The notes under the pieces are model-generated. The model ran no database searches. It saw nothing but the letters and a program-made list of their open reading frames with translations, and was not told where the DNA came from. Shown here one piece after another: positions 1 to 10,925 of a stretch of 64,000 bases of DNA. Position numbers and translations under genes: made by a program. The stretch spans positions 229,639 to 293,638 of the forward strand of contig CAVYWA010000011.1 in NCBI GenBank assembly GCA_963772165.1, in the 5' to 3' direction. The stretch comes from an uncultured Bacteroidota bacterium. Lineage in GTDB: Bacteria > Bacteroidota > Ignavibacteria > UBA10030 > UBA8401. Position 1 is the first letter of the stretch; every line of letters begins with the position of its first letter.

Positions 1-161
1 ACCATGACCGAACATTTACCGTTGAAGTCTCTGTCGGCGATGGGATGTCGGGTGTCGGAATGGGGAAAAATAAGAAAGAAGCCGAGCAAGCTGCTGCACA
101 CCATGCCCTGTCTTTTTTGGGACAACAACAGTCGGCTGCAAGGGAACATTCAGCCTCCTAA
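1..161 (+). CDS. rnc: Ribonuclease III, C-terminal fragment (dsRNA-binding domain); the gene enters from the left edge
   Basis: An open frame in phase with nt 3 ends at TAA 159-161. It translates ...[35 protein letters not shown]..., which matches the GxGxxKKxAEQxAA dsRBD signature of RNase III. Confidence 0.6.
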   Translation, partial: HDRTFTVEVSVGDGMSGVGMGKNKKEAEQAAAHHALSFLGQQQSAAREHSAS

Positions 162-199
162 ATAATCGCTTTTCATTTTTCGACTCAATAATTACTGAA

Positions 200-3103
200 A
201 TGATTAACCCGATTTTTCAAGATGAGAAATTCCAATCCCGCCATCTCGGCCCGGGCAACGAAGAACTGGACGCAATGCTGCGCGTTATCGGTGTCGACTC
301 GCTCGATACATTGATTGACGAGACGATTCCAGCGAGCATACGGATGAACGCACCCTTGAAGCTTCCTCAGGCAATCAGCGAATACAGGTTTCTTCAGGAG
401 ATGCGAACGATCGCGGGGAAAAATACGGTCGTGAAGTCCATGCTTGGCCAGGGCTACTATGATTGTGTAACACCGGCTGTTATTCAGCGGAATATTTTTG
501 AGAATCCGGGATGGTATACGCAGTATACCCCTTACCAGCCGGAAATATCTCAAGGGAGGTTGGAAGCACTCCTCAATTACCAGACCATGGTCATGGATAT
601 GACGGGAATGCAAGTTGCCAACGCATCGCTGTTAGATGAAGGGACGGCTGCTGCGGAAGCGATGACGATGGTCTATAACATTGTCAATAAGAATCTGGGC
701 GGTTTGCCGAGGAATCGTTTTTTTGTTTCTGAAAAATGTTTTGCGCAAACGATTGACGTTATCAAAACACGTGCGCAATGTATCGGCATCGACATCGTCG
801 TGGGCAATCACGAAAAGATTTCTTTCGATGAATCTTATTTCGGCGCGATTGTGCAGTATCCCGATGAACGGGGTGCCGTGATGGATTATCGGTCATTTAT
901 CGCCTCGGTGCACGGCAGCGGAGCGTTAGCTGTCGTCGCAGCCGATTTGCTGAGCCTCGCTCTCCTCAAGCCCCCTGGGGAATTTGGCGCAGACGTTGTC
1001 GTCGGATCGACACAGCGGTTCGGAATTCCGATGGGGTACGGCGGGCCGCACGCGGCCTTTTTTGCAACGAGAAGTGAATTCATCCGGCACATGCCGGGAA
1101 GAATCATCGGCGTCTCCGTCGACGCGCAAAACAGCAGGGCCTATCGCATGACGCTGCAGACACGGGAACAGCATATTCGCCGCGAGAAAGCGACGTCGAA
1201 CATTTGTACGGCGCAAGCGCTCCTTGCGATCATGGCAGGGATGTATGCCGTCTATCATGGTCCGGATGGGATTAAAAGAATTGCGTCTCGAGTTCACGCC
1301 CTTGCCCAGGTTTTGCACTCGGAGCTGAAAGAGCTCGGGTATGCACAGTCGAATCGGGTTTGGTTTGATACGCTGATGATTGATGCGGGAGCGCACGCCG
1401 ACGCGATTATTGACGCCGGGGTTTCGTCGGGGTATAATTTCCGTCGCATCGATGCAACGCATATAGGGATATCGGTGGATGAGACCACAGCGCTCGGGGA
1501 TATTTTTGCAGTGAAAGAAATTTTTGCTCACGCAGTCCGTGCAGCACATGCACACGCAGACCTTGGTGAGAAATATTCTTCACTTGCAATCGAGTACCCT
1601 GAACCGTATGCCCGAACCAGCCCGTACCTCCAGCATCCAATTTTTTCGATGTATCATTCAGAAACCGAAATGATGCGGTATCTTAAAAGCCTGGAGAACA
1701 AAGACCTTTCGTTGACGCAATCGATGATCCCGCTCGGATCGTGCACAATGAAGCTCAACGCGGCAACCGAGCTCATACCTGTGAGCTGGCGTGAATTTGC
1801 CGGCCTTCATCCATTTGCCCCTCTTCAACAGGCAGAGGGCTATCATCAAATTTTTAGAGAGCTGGAATCGGCATTGTGTCATATTACGGGATTGGCAGCC
1901 GCTTCACTCCAACCGAACTCGGGGGCACAGGGAGAATTTACGGGCCTGCTCGTGATACGCGCGTACCATGCAGAGAGGGGGGAATCTCATCGAAACGTTG
2001 CACTCATTCCTTCGTCGGCACATGGGACAAATCCAGCCAGTGCAACGATGGCCGGATTAAAGGTTGTCGTCGTTGCATGCGATGATACCGGGAATATCGA
2101 TGTTGGTGACCTGCGGGCTAAAGCGGCGCAGTACAAAGATACCCTTGCGGCTTTAATGGTGACCTACCCGTCAACGCACGGAGTGTTTGAAGAACGCGTG
2201 AAAGAGATTTGCAGTATTATTCATGACAATGGCGGGCTGGTGTACATGGATGGTGCAAACTTGAACGCGCAGGTCGGCGTTACAAGTCCTGCCATCATCG
2301 GGGCAGACGTTTGCCACATCAACCTGCATAAAACTTTCAGTATTCCTCATGGCGGAGGCGGCCCGGGTATGGGACCGATCTGCGTGGCCAAACATCTTGC
2401 ACCTTATTTACCGGGTCATCCGGTGGTTAAGACCGGCGGCGAAAAAGCCCTGCACGCAGTCGCATCGGCTCCATGGTCCAGTGCGAGCATCCTTCTCATT
2501 TCGTACGCGTACATCAAAATGCTCGGCGGTGAAGGAGTTAGAGAAGCAACACGGTATGCCATCCTCAACGCAAACTATTTAAAAGCTAAGCTCGAACCGC
2601 ATTTTAACATTCTTTACCAGGGGAAGAATGGCAGAGTCGCCCACGAATTTATCCTTGACATGAAAGAGTTCAAAGAAAAATGCCGCGTCGATGTGGAGGA
2701 TATTTCAAAACGATTGATGGATTACGGATTCCACGCTCCAACAGTTTCATTCCCCGTTCATGATACGCTGATGGTTGAGCCGACCGAAAGCGAGTCGCAA
2801 GCGGAGCTTGACAGGTTTGCCGACGCGCTCATTTCAATTAAAAAAGAAATTGAGGAAGTCGCAAACGGCACTGCGGACAGGACGGATAACGTTCTTAAGA
2901 ATGCCCCGCACACCGCCGCGGAGGCGACAAAAAATGAATGGGATCATTCGTACTCCAGGGTGAAAGCAGTTTACCCGCTTCCCGATGTCCGTCAGCACAA
3001 ATTTTGGCCGAGCGTCGGACGCATTAACAACACGTACGGCGATAAAAACATCGTATGCAGCTGCCCGCCGATCGAATCGTATGCAGAAGAGCAGGCCCAA
3101 TGA
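200..3103 (+). CDS. gcvP: Glycine dehydrogenase (decarboxylating), single-chain P protein of the glycine cleavage system
   Basis: 967 aa ORF. The N-terminus FQSRHLGP and the PLP-lysine motif [16 protein letters not shown] fit, and the length is typical of fused GcvP. Confidence 0.95.
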   Translation: MINPIFQDEKFQSRHLGPGNEELDAMLRVIGVDSLDTLIDETIPASIRMNAPLKLPQAISEYRFLQEMRTIAGKNTVVKSMLGQGYYDCVTPAVIQRNIFENPGWYTQYTPYQPEISQGRLEALLNYQTMVMDMTGMQVANASLLDEGTAAAEAMTMVYNIVNKNLGGLPRNRFFVSEKCFAQTIDVIKTRAQCIGIDIVVGNHEKISFDESYFGAIVQYPDERGAVMDYRSFIASVHGSGALAVVAADLLSLALLKPPGEFGADVVVGSTQRFGIPMGYGGPHAAFFATRSEFIRHMPGRIIGVSVDAQNSRAYRMTLQTREQHIRREKATSNICTAQALLAIMAGMYAVYHGPDGIKRIASRVHALAQVLHSELKELGYAQSNRVWFDTLMIDAGAHADAIIDAGVSSGYNFRRIDATHIGISVDETTALGDIFAVKEIFAHAVRAAHAHADLGEKYSSLAIEYPEPYARTSPYLQHPIFSMYHSETEMMRYLKSLENKDLSLTQSMIPLGSCTMKLNAATELIPVSWREFAGLHPFAPLQQAEGYHQIFRELESALCHITGLAAASLQPNSGAQGEFTGLLVIRAYHAERGESHRNVALIPSSAHGTNPASATMAGLKVVVVACDDTGNIDVGDLRAKAAQYKDTLAALMVTYPSTHGVFEERVKEICSIIHDNGGLVYMDGANLNAQVGVTSPAIIGADVCHINLHKTFSIPHGGGGPGMGPICVAKHLAPYLPGHPVVKTGGEKALHAVASAPWSSASILLISYAYIKMLGGEGVREATRYAILNANYLKAKLEPHFNILYQGKNGRVAHEFILDMKEFKEKCRVDVEDISKRLMDYGFHAPTVSFPVHDTLMVEPTESESQAELDRFADALISIKKEIEEVANGTADRTDNVLKNAPHTAAEATKNEWDHSYSRVKAVYPLPDVRQHKFWPSVGRINNTYGDKNIVCSCPPIESYAEEQAQ

Positions 3104-3507
3104 TCACCGACGATGCGGAGATTCGGTCAATACTCGCTTCATCAAAAACGATCGCTGTTGTCGGCGCGTCCCCTAAACCGTGGCGCGACAGCGGTTCCAT
3201 CGCGCTCTTCCTTGCCGGGAAAAAGTATACGGTGTATCCGGTGAACCCCAAGTACGAAGAAGTGCTCGGCATGAAATCCTACCCTGACCTCAAAAGCATT
3301 CCGGGCAAGATTGATATCGTCGATATTTTCCGAAATGCAAACGAGGTTGAGCCTGTTGTTGATGAAGCTGTTCTCGTCGGAGCACGATGCGTATGGATGC
3401 AGCTTGGCGTTATCAACGAACGCGCCGCCGCACGGGCAGAATCGGCGGGGCTGAAAGTCATTATGGACCGGTGCATCGCGATCGAACACCGCGCCTTGAT
3501 GCACTGA
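3100..3507 (+). CDS. CoA-binding domain protein (YccU/YneT-like)
   Basis: An ATGA overlap with the gcvP stop suggests coupling. The motif [16 protein letters not shown] and a size of about 135 aa fit the family. The ORF-track start at 3055 was trimmed to the ATG at 3100. Confidence 0.8.
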   Translation: MITDDAEIRSILASSKTIAVVGASPKPWRDSGSIALFLAGKKYTVYPVNPKYEEVLGMKSYPDLKSIPGKIDIVDIFRNANEVEPVVDEAVLVGARCVWMQLGVINERAAARAESAGLKVIMDRCIAIEHRALMH

Positions 3508-3527
3508 TTTTTTTATTGTATGTTGAA

Positions 3528-3572
3528 AGTAGACTTGAGAATTCATTTCTTTTTCAAGTCTACTTTTTTATT
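3528..3572 (+). terminator. Rho-independent terminator
   Basis: An 11-bp perfect stem, AGTAGACTTGA (3528-3538) with TCAAGTCTACT (3554-3564), is followed by TTTTTTATT. Confidence 0.75.
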
Positions 3573-3584
3573 CCCCAAACTCGA

Positions 3585-4919
3585 ATGAGATTTCCCGTTT
3601 TTCTCCTTGCCGCGATTGCCGTTGTTCCTTTTAGGATCCTGGCGCAAGATTCGTCACAGGTAGCGCTTCCGGATTTTCCCGATTCCACGTTGACCGTCTC
3701 AAGCATCATTATCGGGGGAAATGAATCGACGAAAGATTTCATCATCGAACGCGAAATGTCGCTTAAGGTCGGCTCCTTGCTTACGCGCGAGGCTGTTGCC
3801 TACGACATCAATCGTATTTACAGCCTTGAGCTGTTTAACAAAGTCGAGATTCACGTCGTCCCGGATTCTACAACGGCAACGTTGATTGTCTTCGTCAGCG
3901 AACGCTGGTATTTTTATCCGTTTCCGATCGCCGGGTTTAAGGATCATGAATGGACGCACTTTTATTATGGTGCAGGCGTCGTTCATACAAATTTCCGCGG
4001 ACGGAATGAGCTTGTCAACACTCAATTCGCGCTGGGGTACGACCCGTATGCTTCGGTGCAATATGTCGACCCGGCATTCGACCCCGAGCATAATTTGTAC
4101 TTTTCCACAAAAGCATCGTATTCAATCCAAAAAAACCTGAGCCTTGTTTCGCTCGCTTCCGGCCCGAATTTCGACGAAAAGCTTATCGACGGGCAAGTTG
4201 CGTTCGGGAAAAGGTTTTCATTGTACACTACCGTAACGGCGACCGTTGAATATACCAGCTTGAGTGTTTCCGACAATCGGGCGGGACGTACGCTTTCTCC
4301 AGACGGTACGGACAATTTCTTTTCCTTGCATGCCGACTACGTCTATGACACGCGCGATTTAAGCGAATATTCTCGGCTCGGAACGCTGGCGACCATCGAC
4401 ATTTCAAAGTATGGTCTTGACAACAAGTACGTCGACTATCAGCGTTATTCAATAGATTTTCGAAGGTTTGTTCCAATCTATTTCAATTCATCGTTTGTTT
4501 TTCGTGTCTTCGGAAGTGCAGTGCAGGGGGGTGACGATCCGAATTACGGCCATGTATTTTTCGGGTATGCAGATAGGATTCGCGGCAGATTCCAAACAAT
4601 CGTCGAAGGGGACGACATTCTCGGGGCAAAAGCGGAGGTTCGCCTTCCAATTATTTCGCCTGCCTACCTCCGTCTTGAAGAAATTCCTATCGAACAATTC
4701 AGGGATATCCGCTACGCGCTGTACTTCACAATCTTTAGCGATGCGGGAACCGTGTGGTACAGAAATCAGCCGGTCTTGTTGAATAATTTTCTTTCAGGCT
4801 ACGGCGTTGGGCTGAACCTCCTTTTTTCGTACAGTTTTGTAGGGCGGATTGAATACGCGTTTGGCGGGCCGGGATTTCACAATGGACAATTGATTCTCGA
4901 CCTCGGCGCCTCGCTGTAA
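3585..4919 (+). CDS. Omp85/BamA-family outer membrane protein (POTRA plus surface-antigen barrel)
   Basis: A signal peptide (MRFPVFLLAAIAVVPFRILAQ) is followed by a POTRA-like segment (IIIGGNESTKDFIIEREM...). The barrel carries the loop-6 motif ADRIRGRF. The start was trimmed from 3387. Confidence 0.75.
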   Translation: MRFPVFLLAAIAVVPFRILAQDSSQVALPDFPDSTLTVSSIIIGGNESTKDFIIEREMSLKVGSLLTREAVAYDINRIYSLELFNKVEIHVVPDSTTATLIVFVSERWYFYPFPIAGFKDHEWTHFYYGAGVVHTNFRGRNELVNTQFALGYDPYASVQYVDPAFDPEHNLYFSTKASYSIQKNLSLVSLASGPNFDEKLIDGQVAFGKRFSLYTTVTATVEYTSLSVSDNRAGRTLSPDGTDNFFSLHADYVYDTRDLSEYSRLGTLATIDISKYGLDNKYVDYQRYSIDFRRFVPIYFNSSFVFRVFGSAVQGGDDPNYGHVFFGYADRIRGRFQTIVEGDDILGAKAEVRLPIISPAYLRLEEIPIEQFRDIRYALYFTIFSDAGTVWYRNQPVLLNNFLSGYGVGLNLLFSYSFVGRIEYAFGGPGFHNGQLILDLGASL

Positions 4920-4984
4920 GGAGTCGATAACACCAATCATGCTCGGCGGATACAATTTCATATTTATGGCAATGGAGACTCATC

Positions 4985-5707
4985 GTGTCTAAGGATTTCT
5001 TTTATGCAGACCCCGCAAAGATCGGAGAACACTTTCTCACGATCGAAGGGGATGAATCGAAACACATTGTTCGTGTGCTGAGGAAGTCCGAAGGAGAGTT
5101 ATTGTGGGTTGTCGACGGTGTCGACCGCGCGTACGAGGTTGTCATCCGTTCCATTGGCCAGCACGCCATCGAGTGCGAAATACTTTCTGTCCACGAACGC
5201 CTCAATGAACCGGAAATCGAAGTGACGCTCGCTGTTGCGGTTCTCAAAAATCCCTCGCGTATGGAATGGCTGATAGAAAAGGGAACGGAGCTCGGGATTC
5301 GCCGGTTCATTCCTGTTTCAACATCACGCACTGTCGCGCATTCGTCCAAAGAAAATCGATGGAAAAAAATTGCTCTATCGGCGATGAAACAGTCGGGGCG
5401 CAGCTATCTCCCGCAAATCTACCCCCTGACGGATATGGAATCGGTCATGCATCATGCAAGCGTGTTCGATTTGAAGATTATCCCGTATGAACAGACGGAC
5501 GAAGTCCTTTTCATTGCAGAAGCACTCCGCCACAGACAAAAACCGACCTCCGCATTAATTGTTATCGGGCCCGAGGGGGGATTTACGGAAGAAGAAATTC
5601 ATTCTGCCGAGCGGGCAGGATTTATTCAGGTCTCGCTCGGGAAACGGAGATTGCGCACAGAAACTGCCGCTATTGTAGCTGCATCGTGGGTGATTGGGAA
5701 TTATTAA
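4985..5707 (+). CDS. rsmE: 16S rRNA (uracil1498-N3)-methyltransferase
   Basis: 240 aa with a GTG start. The RsmE C-terminal motif VIGPEGGFTEEE...LGKRRLRTETA is present. Confidence 0.9.
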   Translation: MSKDFFYADPAKIGEHFLTIEGDESKHIVRVLRKSEGELLWVVDGVDRAYEVVIRSIGQHAIECEILSVHERLNEPEIEVTLAVAVLKNPSRMEWLIEKGTELGIRRFIPVSTSRTVAHSSKENRWKKIALSAMKQSGRSYLPQIYPLTDMESVMHHASVFDLKIIPYEQTDEVLFIAEALRHRQKPTSALIVIGPEGGFTEEEIHSAERAGFIQVSLGKRRLRTETAAIVAASWVIGNY

Positions 5708-5719
5708 CTGGTAAGATAT

Positions 5720-5849
5720 CCACGAAGGAAACGAAAAGGCACAAAGGTATAGATTCGTCTTGCGAGAGTCAATATTTCCTTCCATAAAGAATTTGTTAAA
5801 AAGATGAGCAGAATTACTTTCTTTTTGTGTCCTTCGTGAACTTCGTGGG
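5720..5849. repeat. Imperfect palindromic intergenic element (CACGAAGG family) between convergent rsmE and clpX
   Basis: The left arm is CCACGAAGGAAACGAAAAGGCACAAAGG (5720-5747). The right arm is CTTTTTGTGTCCTTCGTGAACTTCGTGGG (5821-5849). Terminal 8-mers CCACGAAG and CTTCGTGG pair perfectly, and inner blocks ACGAA and CACAAA also pair. Confidence 0.7.
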
Positions 5850-5919
5850 TGATTCAATAATGAAAAGAGCCGCCCGCGTTTGCACGGTCGGCTCTTCTAT
5901 TTTAAATTCACAATATTTG

Positions 5920-7179
5920 TTACGCGGATTTACGCTCCTCGAAGAGATACATCGGCTCTTTCTTCTTCGCGATCGTATCTTTCGTGATGATGCATTTTGT
6001 AATATTCGGGCGCGAGGGGAGATAGTACATGATATCGACCATCGTCTCTTCGATGACTGCCCGTAATGCTCGAGCCCCAGTCCCGCGCGCCATCGCTTTC
6101 TGGACAATTGACCTCAGGGCCTCTTCCTCAAATTCCAGTTCCACTCCTTCATACTTGAAGAGCTTTTGAAATTGCTTCACCAGCGCATTTTTTGGCTCAA
6201 CAAGAATGTTCATCAAGGCGTCTTCCGACAGCGAATGCAGCGTTGAGATCACAGGAAGCCTGCCGATGAACTCCGGAATAAGACCGTATTTCAGCAAATC
6301 ATCCGGTTCCACTTGCTTCAAGTACTCGTCGGTGTTGTAATCTTTTTTCCCACGCAGGTCGGCCCCGAACCCCATCGGGTTCTGGCTGACGCGTTTCGCG
6401 ATAATTTTGTCCAACCCTTCGAACGCTCCGCCGCAGATAAAAAGAATATTCTTCGTGTTCACATTGATGAGGCTTTGTTCCGGGTGCTTGCGTCCTCCTT
6501 TCGGCGGAACACCCGCAAGCGTTCCTTCCAGAATCTTCAGCAGCGCTTGCTGCACACCCTCGCCGGAAACGTCGCGGGTAATCGATGCACTGTCGCTTTT
6601 CCGCGAAATCTTATCGATCTCGTCGATGTACACGATTCCCCGCTCAGCCCGTTCTACATTGTATTCCGCGTTTTGCAGAAGATAGACAAGAATAGTCTCG
6701 ACATCGTCTCCGACGTATCCCGCTTCGGTGAGCGTTGTTGCGTCGGCGATCGCGAACGGAACATCCAAGATCCTCGCAAGGGTCTGAGCCAGAAGGGTTT
6801 TTCCGGTCCCGGTCGGGCCGATGAGGAGAATGTTGCTCTTTTCTATCTCAACCTCATCGAGCGCCTGAAGATGATCTTTTGAATCGATGCGCTTGTAATG
6901 ATTGTACACTGCGACCGACAATGTTTTCTTCGCCTGGTCTTGACCGATCACATACTGGTCGAGTGCTTCTTTGAGCTGCTCCGGTGTGAGGCCGGCCTTT
7001 CCTTTCCCCTTCTTTTTGGGGAAAGCGGCCATGTTGCTCCGGATAATATCCACAGAGCTCGAAACACAATGGTCGCAGATATAAACATCCGGCCCGGCAA
7101 TAATGCTGGAGACTTCTTCAGGGCCACGCCCGCAGAACGAGCAGTGGATTTTTTCGTCGCCTTTTTGTTTTTGACTCAT
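5920..7179 (-). CDS. clpX: ATP-dependent Clp protease ATP-binding subunit ClpX
   Basis: The Zn ribbon (CSFCGR...CDHC), Walker A (GPTGTGKT) and the clpP-clpX gene order all fit. Confidence 0.97.
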   Translation of the reverse strand: MSQKQKGDEKIHCSFCGRGPEEVSSIIAGPDVYICDHCVSSSVDIIRSNMAAFPKKKGKGKAGLTPEQLKEALDQYVIGQDQAKKTLSVAVYNHYKRIDSKDHLQALDEVEIEKSNILLIGPTGTGKTLLAQTLARILDVPFAIADATTLTEAGYVGDDVETILVYLLQNAEYNVERAERGIVYIDEIDKISRKSDSASITRDVSGEGVQQALLKILEGTLAGVPPKGGRKHPEQSLINVNTKNILFICGGAFEGLDKIIAKRVSQNPMGFGADLRGKKDYNTDEYLKQVEPDDLLKYGLIPEFIGRLPVISTLHSLSEDALMNILVEPKNALVKQFQKLFKYEGVELEFEEEALRSIVQKAMARGTGARALRAVIEETMVDIMYYLPSRPNITKCIITKDTIAKKKEPMYLFEERKSA

Positions 7180-7208
7180 TGCAATGTTCCGAGATCGAAG
7201 ATGATTGA

Positions 7209-7847
7209 TTATTTTTCTTTTTTCGGTTCAGCTGCCCGTTTTACCAGCACGGAATCGATGATGCCGTACGCTTTTGCTTCTTCGGCGGAGAGATATTTAT
7301 CCCTGTCGGTGTCGCGCTTGACGTCTTCGATGGATTTTCCGGAATGATGAGCGATGATCTCGTTGAGCCGCGTTTTCGTGTTCAGAATTTCGTCCACCTG
7401 AATGCTGATATCCGACGCCGTTCCCTGGACGCCGCCCCACGGCTGGTGAATCATGATGCGCGAGTTGGGGAGTGCTTTGCGCTTTCCCTTCGTGCCCGCG
7501 AGCAAAAGCACTGCACCCATGCTCGCAGCCATGCCGACGCACATCGTCGACACATCGGGACGAATGTATTGCATCGTATCGTAAATTGCTAAGCCGGCGG
7601 TGACGCTTCCCCCCGGGCTGTTGATGTAGAGATGAACGTCTTTCTCCGGGTCCTCGGCTTCCAAAAAGATCATCTGGGCAACGATCAGGCTCGCTACCAC
7701 ATCGTCGATTGCCGTGCCGACGAAAATGATCCGCTCTTTGAGCAGCCGGGAAAAAATATCGAAGGCGCGCTCACCGCGGCTTGTTTGTTCGACAACCATC
7801 GGAACGAGCTGGTTGTAAAGGTCGTAGGGTTTGTTCGAATGAACCAT
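7209..7847 (-). CDS. clpP: ATP-dependent Clp protease proteolytic subunit
   Basis: The catalytic motifs GMAASMG and RIMIHQP are present, and the gene lies upstream of clpX. Confidence 0.97.
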   Translation of the reverse strand: MVHSNKPYDLYNQLVPMVVEQTSRGERAFDIFSRLLKERIIFVGTAIDDVVASLIVAQMIFLEAEDPEKDVHLYINSPGGSVTAGLAIYDTMQYIRPDVSTMCVGMAASMGAVLLLAGTKGKRKALPNSRIMIHQPWGGVQGTASDISIQVDEILNTKTRLNEIIAHHSGKSIEDVKRDTDRDKYLSAEEAKAYGIIDSVLVKRAAEPKKEK

Positions 7848-7884
7848 GTGAAGAAAATCCTTTCTACGTTATTGGTGCAAAGAA

Positions 7885-9168
7885 TTAAGATAAAAGCTTA
7901 CTTGCATCGTCGGTGAGTGTTTCTTTGACGGCCGAATTCTGCTTGAGGAATGCGATCAATTTATCGTTCAATATTTTTTCGCCGGCAGTCTCGGAGGACT
8001 TGTAGAAATTGATCAACCGCTCTTTGTCGATGTTTAACTTTTTTGATTCTTCTTCGGCAAGTGCCTCGACATCGGCATCTGCAAGCTGGATATTTTCCTT
8101 CGCGAGAATTTGTTCCCGGATCAGCGCCCATTTCGCCTGCCAGATCGCCGATGGGCGCGCCGCTTCGCGGTATTTTTGCTCATCGAACCCCCGCGGAAGC
8201 TGCTTGCTCTTCTGCTGATTTTTCAATTCTTCGATGTACGAATCGGTGAACGTTTTCACGAGCGCTTCCGGGACGGCGAAGTCATGCCGGCGCACGATCT
8301 CGTTGGTGATGTCGTCAACCAAACGTTTTTCAGTCCGGTCATTCCAATAGTGCTCGAGATCTGCCGTGAGTGCTTTTCGAAAATCATCGACGTTCGAATA
8401 TTTTTCTTTCGTGATTTTCTTGACAAGTTCATCGTTGAATTCAGGGTGGATGACCTTCTCGATTTTCTTGACCGTCAATTGCATGTGAACTTTGTGGGTG
8501 TGGTCTTCATGCGTATGCTCAAAGCTTACGTTGACCACATCGCCGGTTCCTGCCGTTTTCAGGGCATCTTTAATTTCCCGTTCCGTCGACGGCTCGTTAA
8601 GGTAAATCCGCATTCCTTCGCGCTTCTGCCCGACGAGAGGGGTTCCGGATTCGTCCGTATCCTGAATATCCGCGGTCACGACGTATTCGAGGCCGTCGAC
8701 TTTTTTGGCTTCTTCGAACGTTGCGTTGATATGCTGCAAACGACGAATTTCGGAAGCAACCTCTTCTTCCTTCACCGGATGAACGAACTTTTCGACGGGA
8801 ATGCCCTTATACTCTTTTAAGGTAATAGACGGTTTCACCTCGTACTTTATTGTAAATGAAAAAGGCTCGCCCCGTTTATATTTCATGTCGACCATGGTGG
8901 GAGTGCCGATCGGCTGGATCTTTTTCTCATCGATGGTCTTTTTAAAGGACTCATTGGCAATGTCGTCGAGTGCGTCGGCTTCGACGCTTTCGCCGTAATA
9001 TTTCTTGATGAGAGCAATCGGCACTTTTCCTTTACGAAATCCTTTGATCTCAATGGAAGGCGCTGCCTTCTTATATGCGGCTTCGAAATGAGGAGCAAGC
9101 TCTTCCGGTGAAAGGCTGATCGCAATTTCCTGGTCGCATTCGGTTACCGTTTTGAACGATACTTCCAC
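7885..9168 (-). CDS. tig: Trigger factor
   Basis: The ribosome-binding signature GFRKGKVP is present. The GTG start has an AAGGAG RBS, and the tig-clpP-clpX order fits. Confidence 0.95.
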   Translation of the reverse strand: MEVSFKTVTECDQEIAISLSPEELAPHFEAAYKKAAPSIEIKGFRKGKVPIALIKKYYGESVEADALDDIANESFKKTIDEKKIQPIGTPTMVDMKYKRGEPFSFTIKYEVKPSITLKEYKGIPVEKFVHPVKEEEVASEIRRLQHINATFEEAKKVDGLEYVVTADIQDTDESGTPLVGQKREGMRIYLNEPSTEREIKDALKTAGTGDVVNVSFEHTHEDHTHKVHMQLTVKKIEKVIHPEFNDELVKKITKEKYSNVDDFRKALTADLEHYWNDRTEKRLVDDITNEIVRRHDFAVPEALVKTFTDSYIEELKNQQKSKQLPRGFDEQKYREAARPSAIWQAKWALIREQILAKENIQLADADVEALAEEESKKLNIDKERLINFYKSSETAGEKILNDKLIAFLKQNSAVKETLTDDASKLLS

Positions 9169-9326
9169 TCACATACTCCTTTGCTGTTGGGGAAAAAGAA
9201 AGTCCCGCCCCCGACGAATAGCATTTTTTCGATACATTTAATGCTGATTTTGAATTAAAGTACGAAACATTGCCGCGAAAATCAATAAAGCGTTTTCAGA
9301 GGCGGTGGAATCTTTTGCTGATTGAA

Positions 9327-9440
9327 GTTATTGCGAGAATCCCGACGTTTAGGAGTGCCGCTGTACGGCATCCCGAACACCGGGGCAATCTTTATTAACC
9401 AAAGGGAGAGTGCTTCGGCAGAAAACGCTTCGCAACGACC
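9327..9440. repeat. Structured about 114-nt intergenic element (ATTGCGAG...CTTCGCAA family); paralogue of 53823-53951
   Basis: The termini GTTATTGCGAG and CTTCGCAACGACC are inverted. An internal hairpin GCCGCTGTACGGC is present. Blocks AATCCCGA, TTT.GGAGT, CCG..TACGGC, GGG.CAATCT and CTTCGC are shared in the same order with 53823-53951. Confidence 0.6.
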
Positions 9441-9685
9441 ACTAGCTCAAAATAACCCGCTACCTTTCAGATGTCGTACCCTTCTTTGATATGTGGAACA
9501 AAAGCTTCGACAGATTGAGATTTTCCTGGAAAAGGCGTCCGACTCCCCATCGCCAGCATATGTTTTTCCCAAAAATGTTTGTACATTATTCCATCGAAGA
9601 ATTCTTTCCGCGGTACAGGATGATTCTACGATCGTTGAGCGGAAGGGTTCGACGGCCCCAGGTTCAAACTATTTTTTTGAGGATA

Positions 9686-10894
9686 ATGTCGACTATGGCC
9701 ACATCAGCATCGGAGTTGGAGATACGCAAGTATACTCAGGCTCTCTACGACTCGTATGAGACATACAAAGTAAAAGAAATAACATCGAGGCGGCTAAAAC
9801 AGAGCGCGATGATGAACATTCTGACTTCTTTGCAAGCGCCGATGAAGAATACTTTCAGCATCGAGCAGATCGGCGTTTCTTCCGAGGGACGTTCCATCAA
9901 TTTATTGGCGATAGGTTCGGGAAAAAAGAAAATTTTCATGTGGTCGCAAATGCACGGCGACGAGCCGACAGCGACAATGGGGGTGCTCGATATGCTGTCG
10001 TATATGGGCAAGAACCAAACCGCGCCGGAGGTCAAAAAAATTCTTGCAGAGACCACGCTCCTCATTATTCCCATGTTGAACCCGGACGGTGCAGAGCGAT
10101 TTCAACGGCGCAGCATCCACGGAATCGATATTAACCGTGACGCATTGCAGCTTCAGACAAACGAGGCGAGGATCCTGAAAGAGACGCGCGATAAATATTC
10201 GCCGGAGTTTGGTTTTAATCTGCACGATCAGGAACCCCGCTATACCGTCGGATCAACCGGGAAAGTCGCAACCATCGCTCTTCTTGCGCCGACCTGCGAT
10301 TATGCAAAGAGCGAAAATGCAATTCGCCTTCGTGCAAAAAAAGTTGCGGCAGCGCTCGTCGATATTTTTACTCCCTTCATCGACGGCCACATTTCGCGTT
10401 ACGACGACTCCTTCGAACCTCGTGCCTTCGGCGATAGCATTCAAAAATGGGGGACCAGCACGGTGTTGATTGAATCGGGGGGGGCGAAAGATGATCCGGA
10501 AAAAATGACTATCCGGAAATTGAACTGTGTTGCGTTGCTCGGAATCTGCTATGCCATCGCAACCGGAGAGTACGAAGGCGCCGATGTCTCCCGCTACGAA
10601 CAACTCCCTGAGAATACGAAGAACCTTTACGATATTATTATCAGCGGGATTACTTTAACTTTTGAAAACGGAGTTGCACCGGTTGTCGTTGATATCGGGA
10701 TGAATACAGAAGAATCGGTTGGTCCCGGGAGCGTTGTCCTGCAAAAGCAGAAGATCGTCGATATCGGCGACCTGAGCAAGCATTCGTCGTTCCAATTGAT
10801 CGATGCGAGGGGAAAATCGGTTCCTGGGCGCGAGATCGTGATGGAGCGGGATATGGATTTGAAAAAATTGCTTTCGGAATTGAAGAATATCTAA
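9686..10894 (+). CDS. M14-family zinc carboxypeptidase-like protein
   Basis: The motifs WSQMHGDEPTAT (HxxE zinc motif) and NPDGAE are present. The start was trimmed from 9491 to the ATG at 9686, which follows GAGGA. Confidence 0.8.
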   Translation: MSTMATSASELEIRKYTQALYDSYETYKVKEITSRRLKQSAMMNILTSLQAPMKNTFSIEQIGVSSEGRSINLLAIGSGKKKIFMWSQMHGDEPTATMGVLDMLSYMGKNQTAPEVKKILAETTLLIIPMLNPDGAERFQRRSIHGIDINRDALQLQTNEARILKETRDKYSPEFGFNLHDQEPRYTVGSTGKVATIALLAPTCDYAKSENAIRLRAKKVAAALVDIFTPFIDGHISRYDDSFEPRAFGDSIQKWGTSTVLIESGGAKDDPEKMTIRKLNCVALLGICYAIATGEYEGADVSRYEQLPENTKNLYDIIISGITLTFENGVAPVVVDIGMNTEESVGPGSVVLQKQKIVDIGDLSKHSSFQLIDARGKSVPGREIVMERDMDLKKLLSELKNI

Positions 10895-10925
10895 CTCATC
10901 GATACTTCTACATCATCTCCAAAGG

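Noticed and set aside
162-199. Glycine riboswitch upstream of gcvP.
   Set aside because: Only 38 nt separate the rnc stop from the gcvP start, which is far too short for a glycine riboswitch aptamer.
926-1555. Long antisense or alternative-frame ORFs inside well-supported genes. Examples are 185-613, 926-1555, 6313-6882, 8110-8820, 25765-26358, 49808-50548, 59793-60371 and 63316-63900.
   Set aside because: Each is fully embedded in, or opposite, a gene with strong family motifs. Their translations are low-complexity and rich in Arg, Ser and Pro, as expected for shadow ORFs in moderately GC-rich DNA.
3387-3584. Long N-terminal extensions in the ORF track. These are 3387 for the Omp85-like gene, 9491 for the peptidase, 20129 for ahcY, 17897 for waaA, 56921 for the sigma factor, 28355 for pdxJ and 32656 for yfhO.
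   Set aside because: The extensions overlap upstream genes or terminators and are rich in Arg and Pro. Each is followed by an internal Met preceded by an RBS, or by a signal peptide or conserved N-terminus. The starts were trimmed accordingly.
9196-9212. RNase P RNA-like GAAAGTCC word in the tig upstream region.
   Set aside because: It is only a short word match (AGAAAGTCCCGCC). The surrounding sequence lacks the P4 and other conserved RNase P segments.
9645-9659. tRNA T-arm-like GGGTTCGACGGCCCC.
   Set aside because: No acceptor stem, D-arm or anticodon arm can be drawn around it. No tRNA, rRNA or tmRNA was recognised anywhere in the window.
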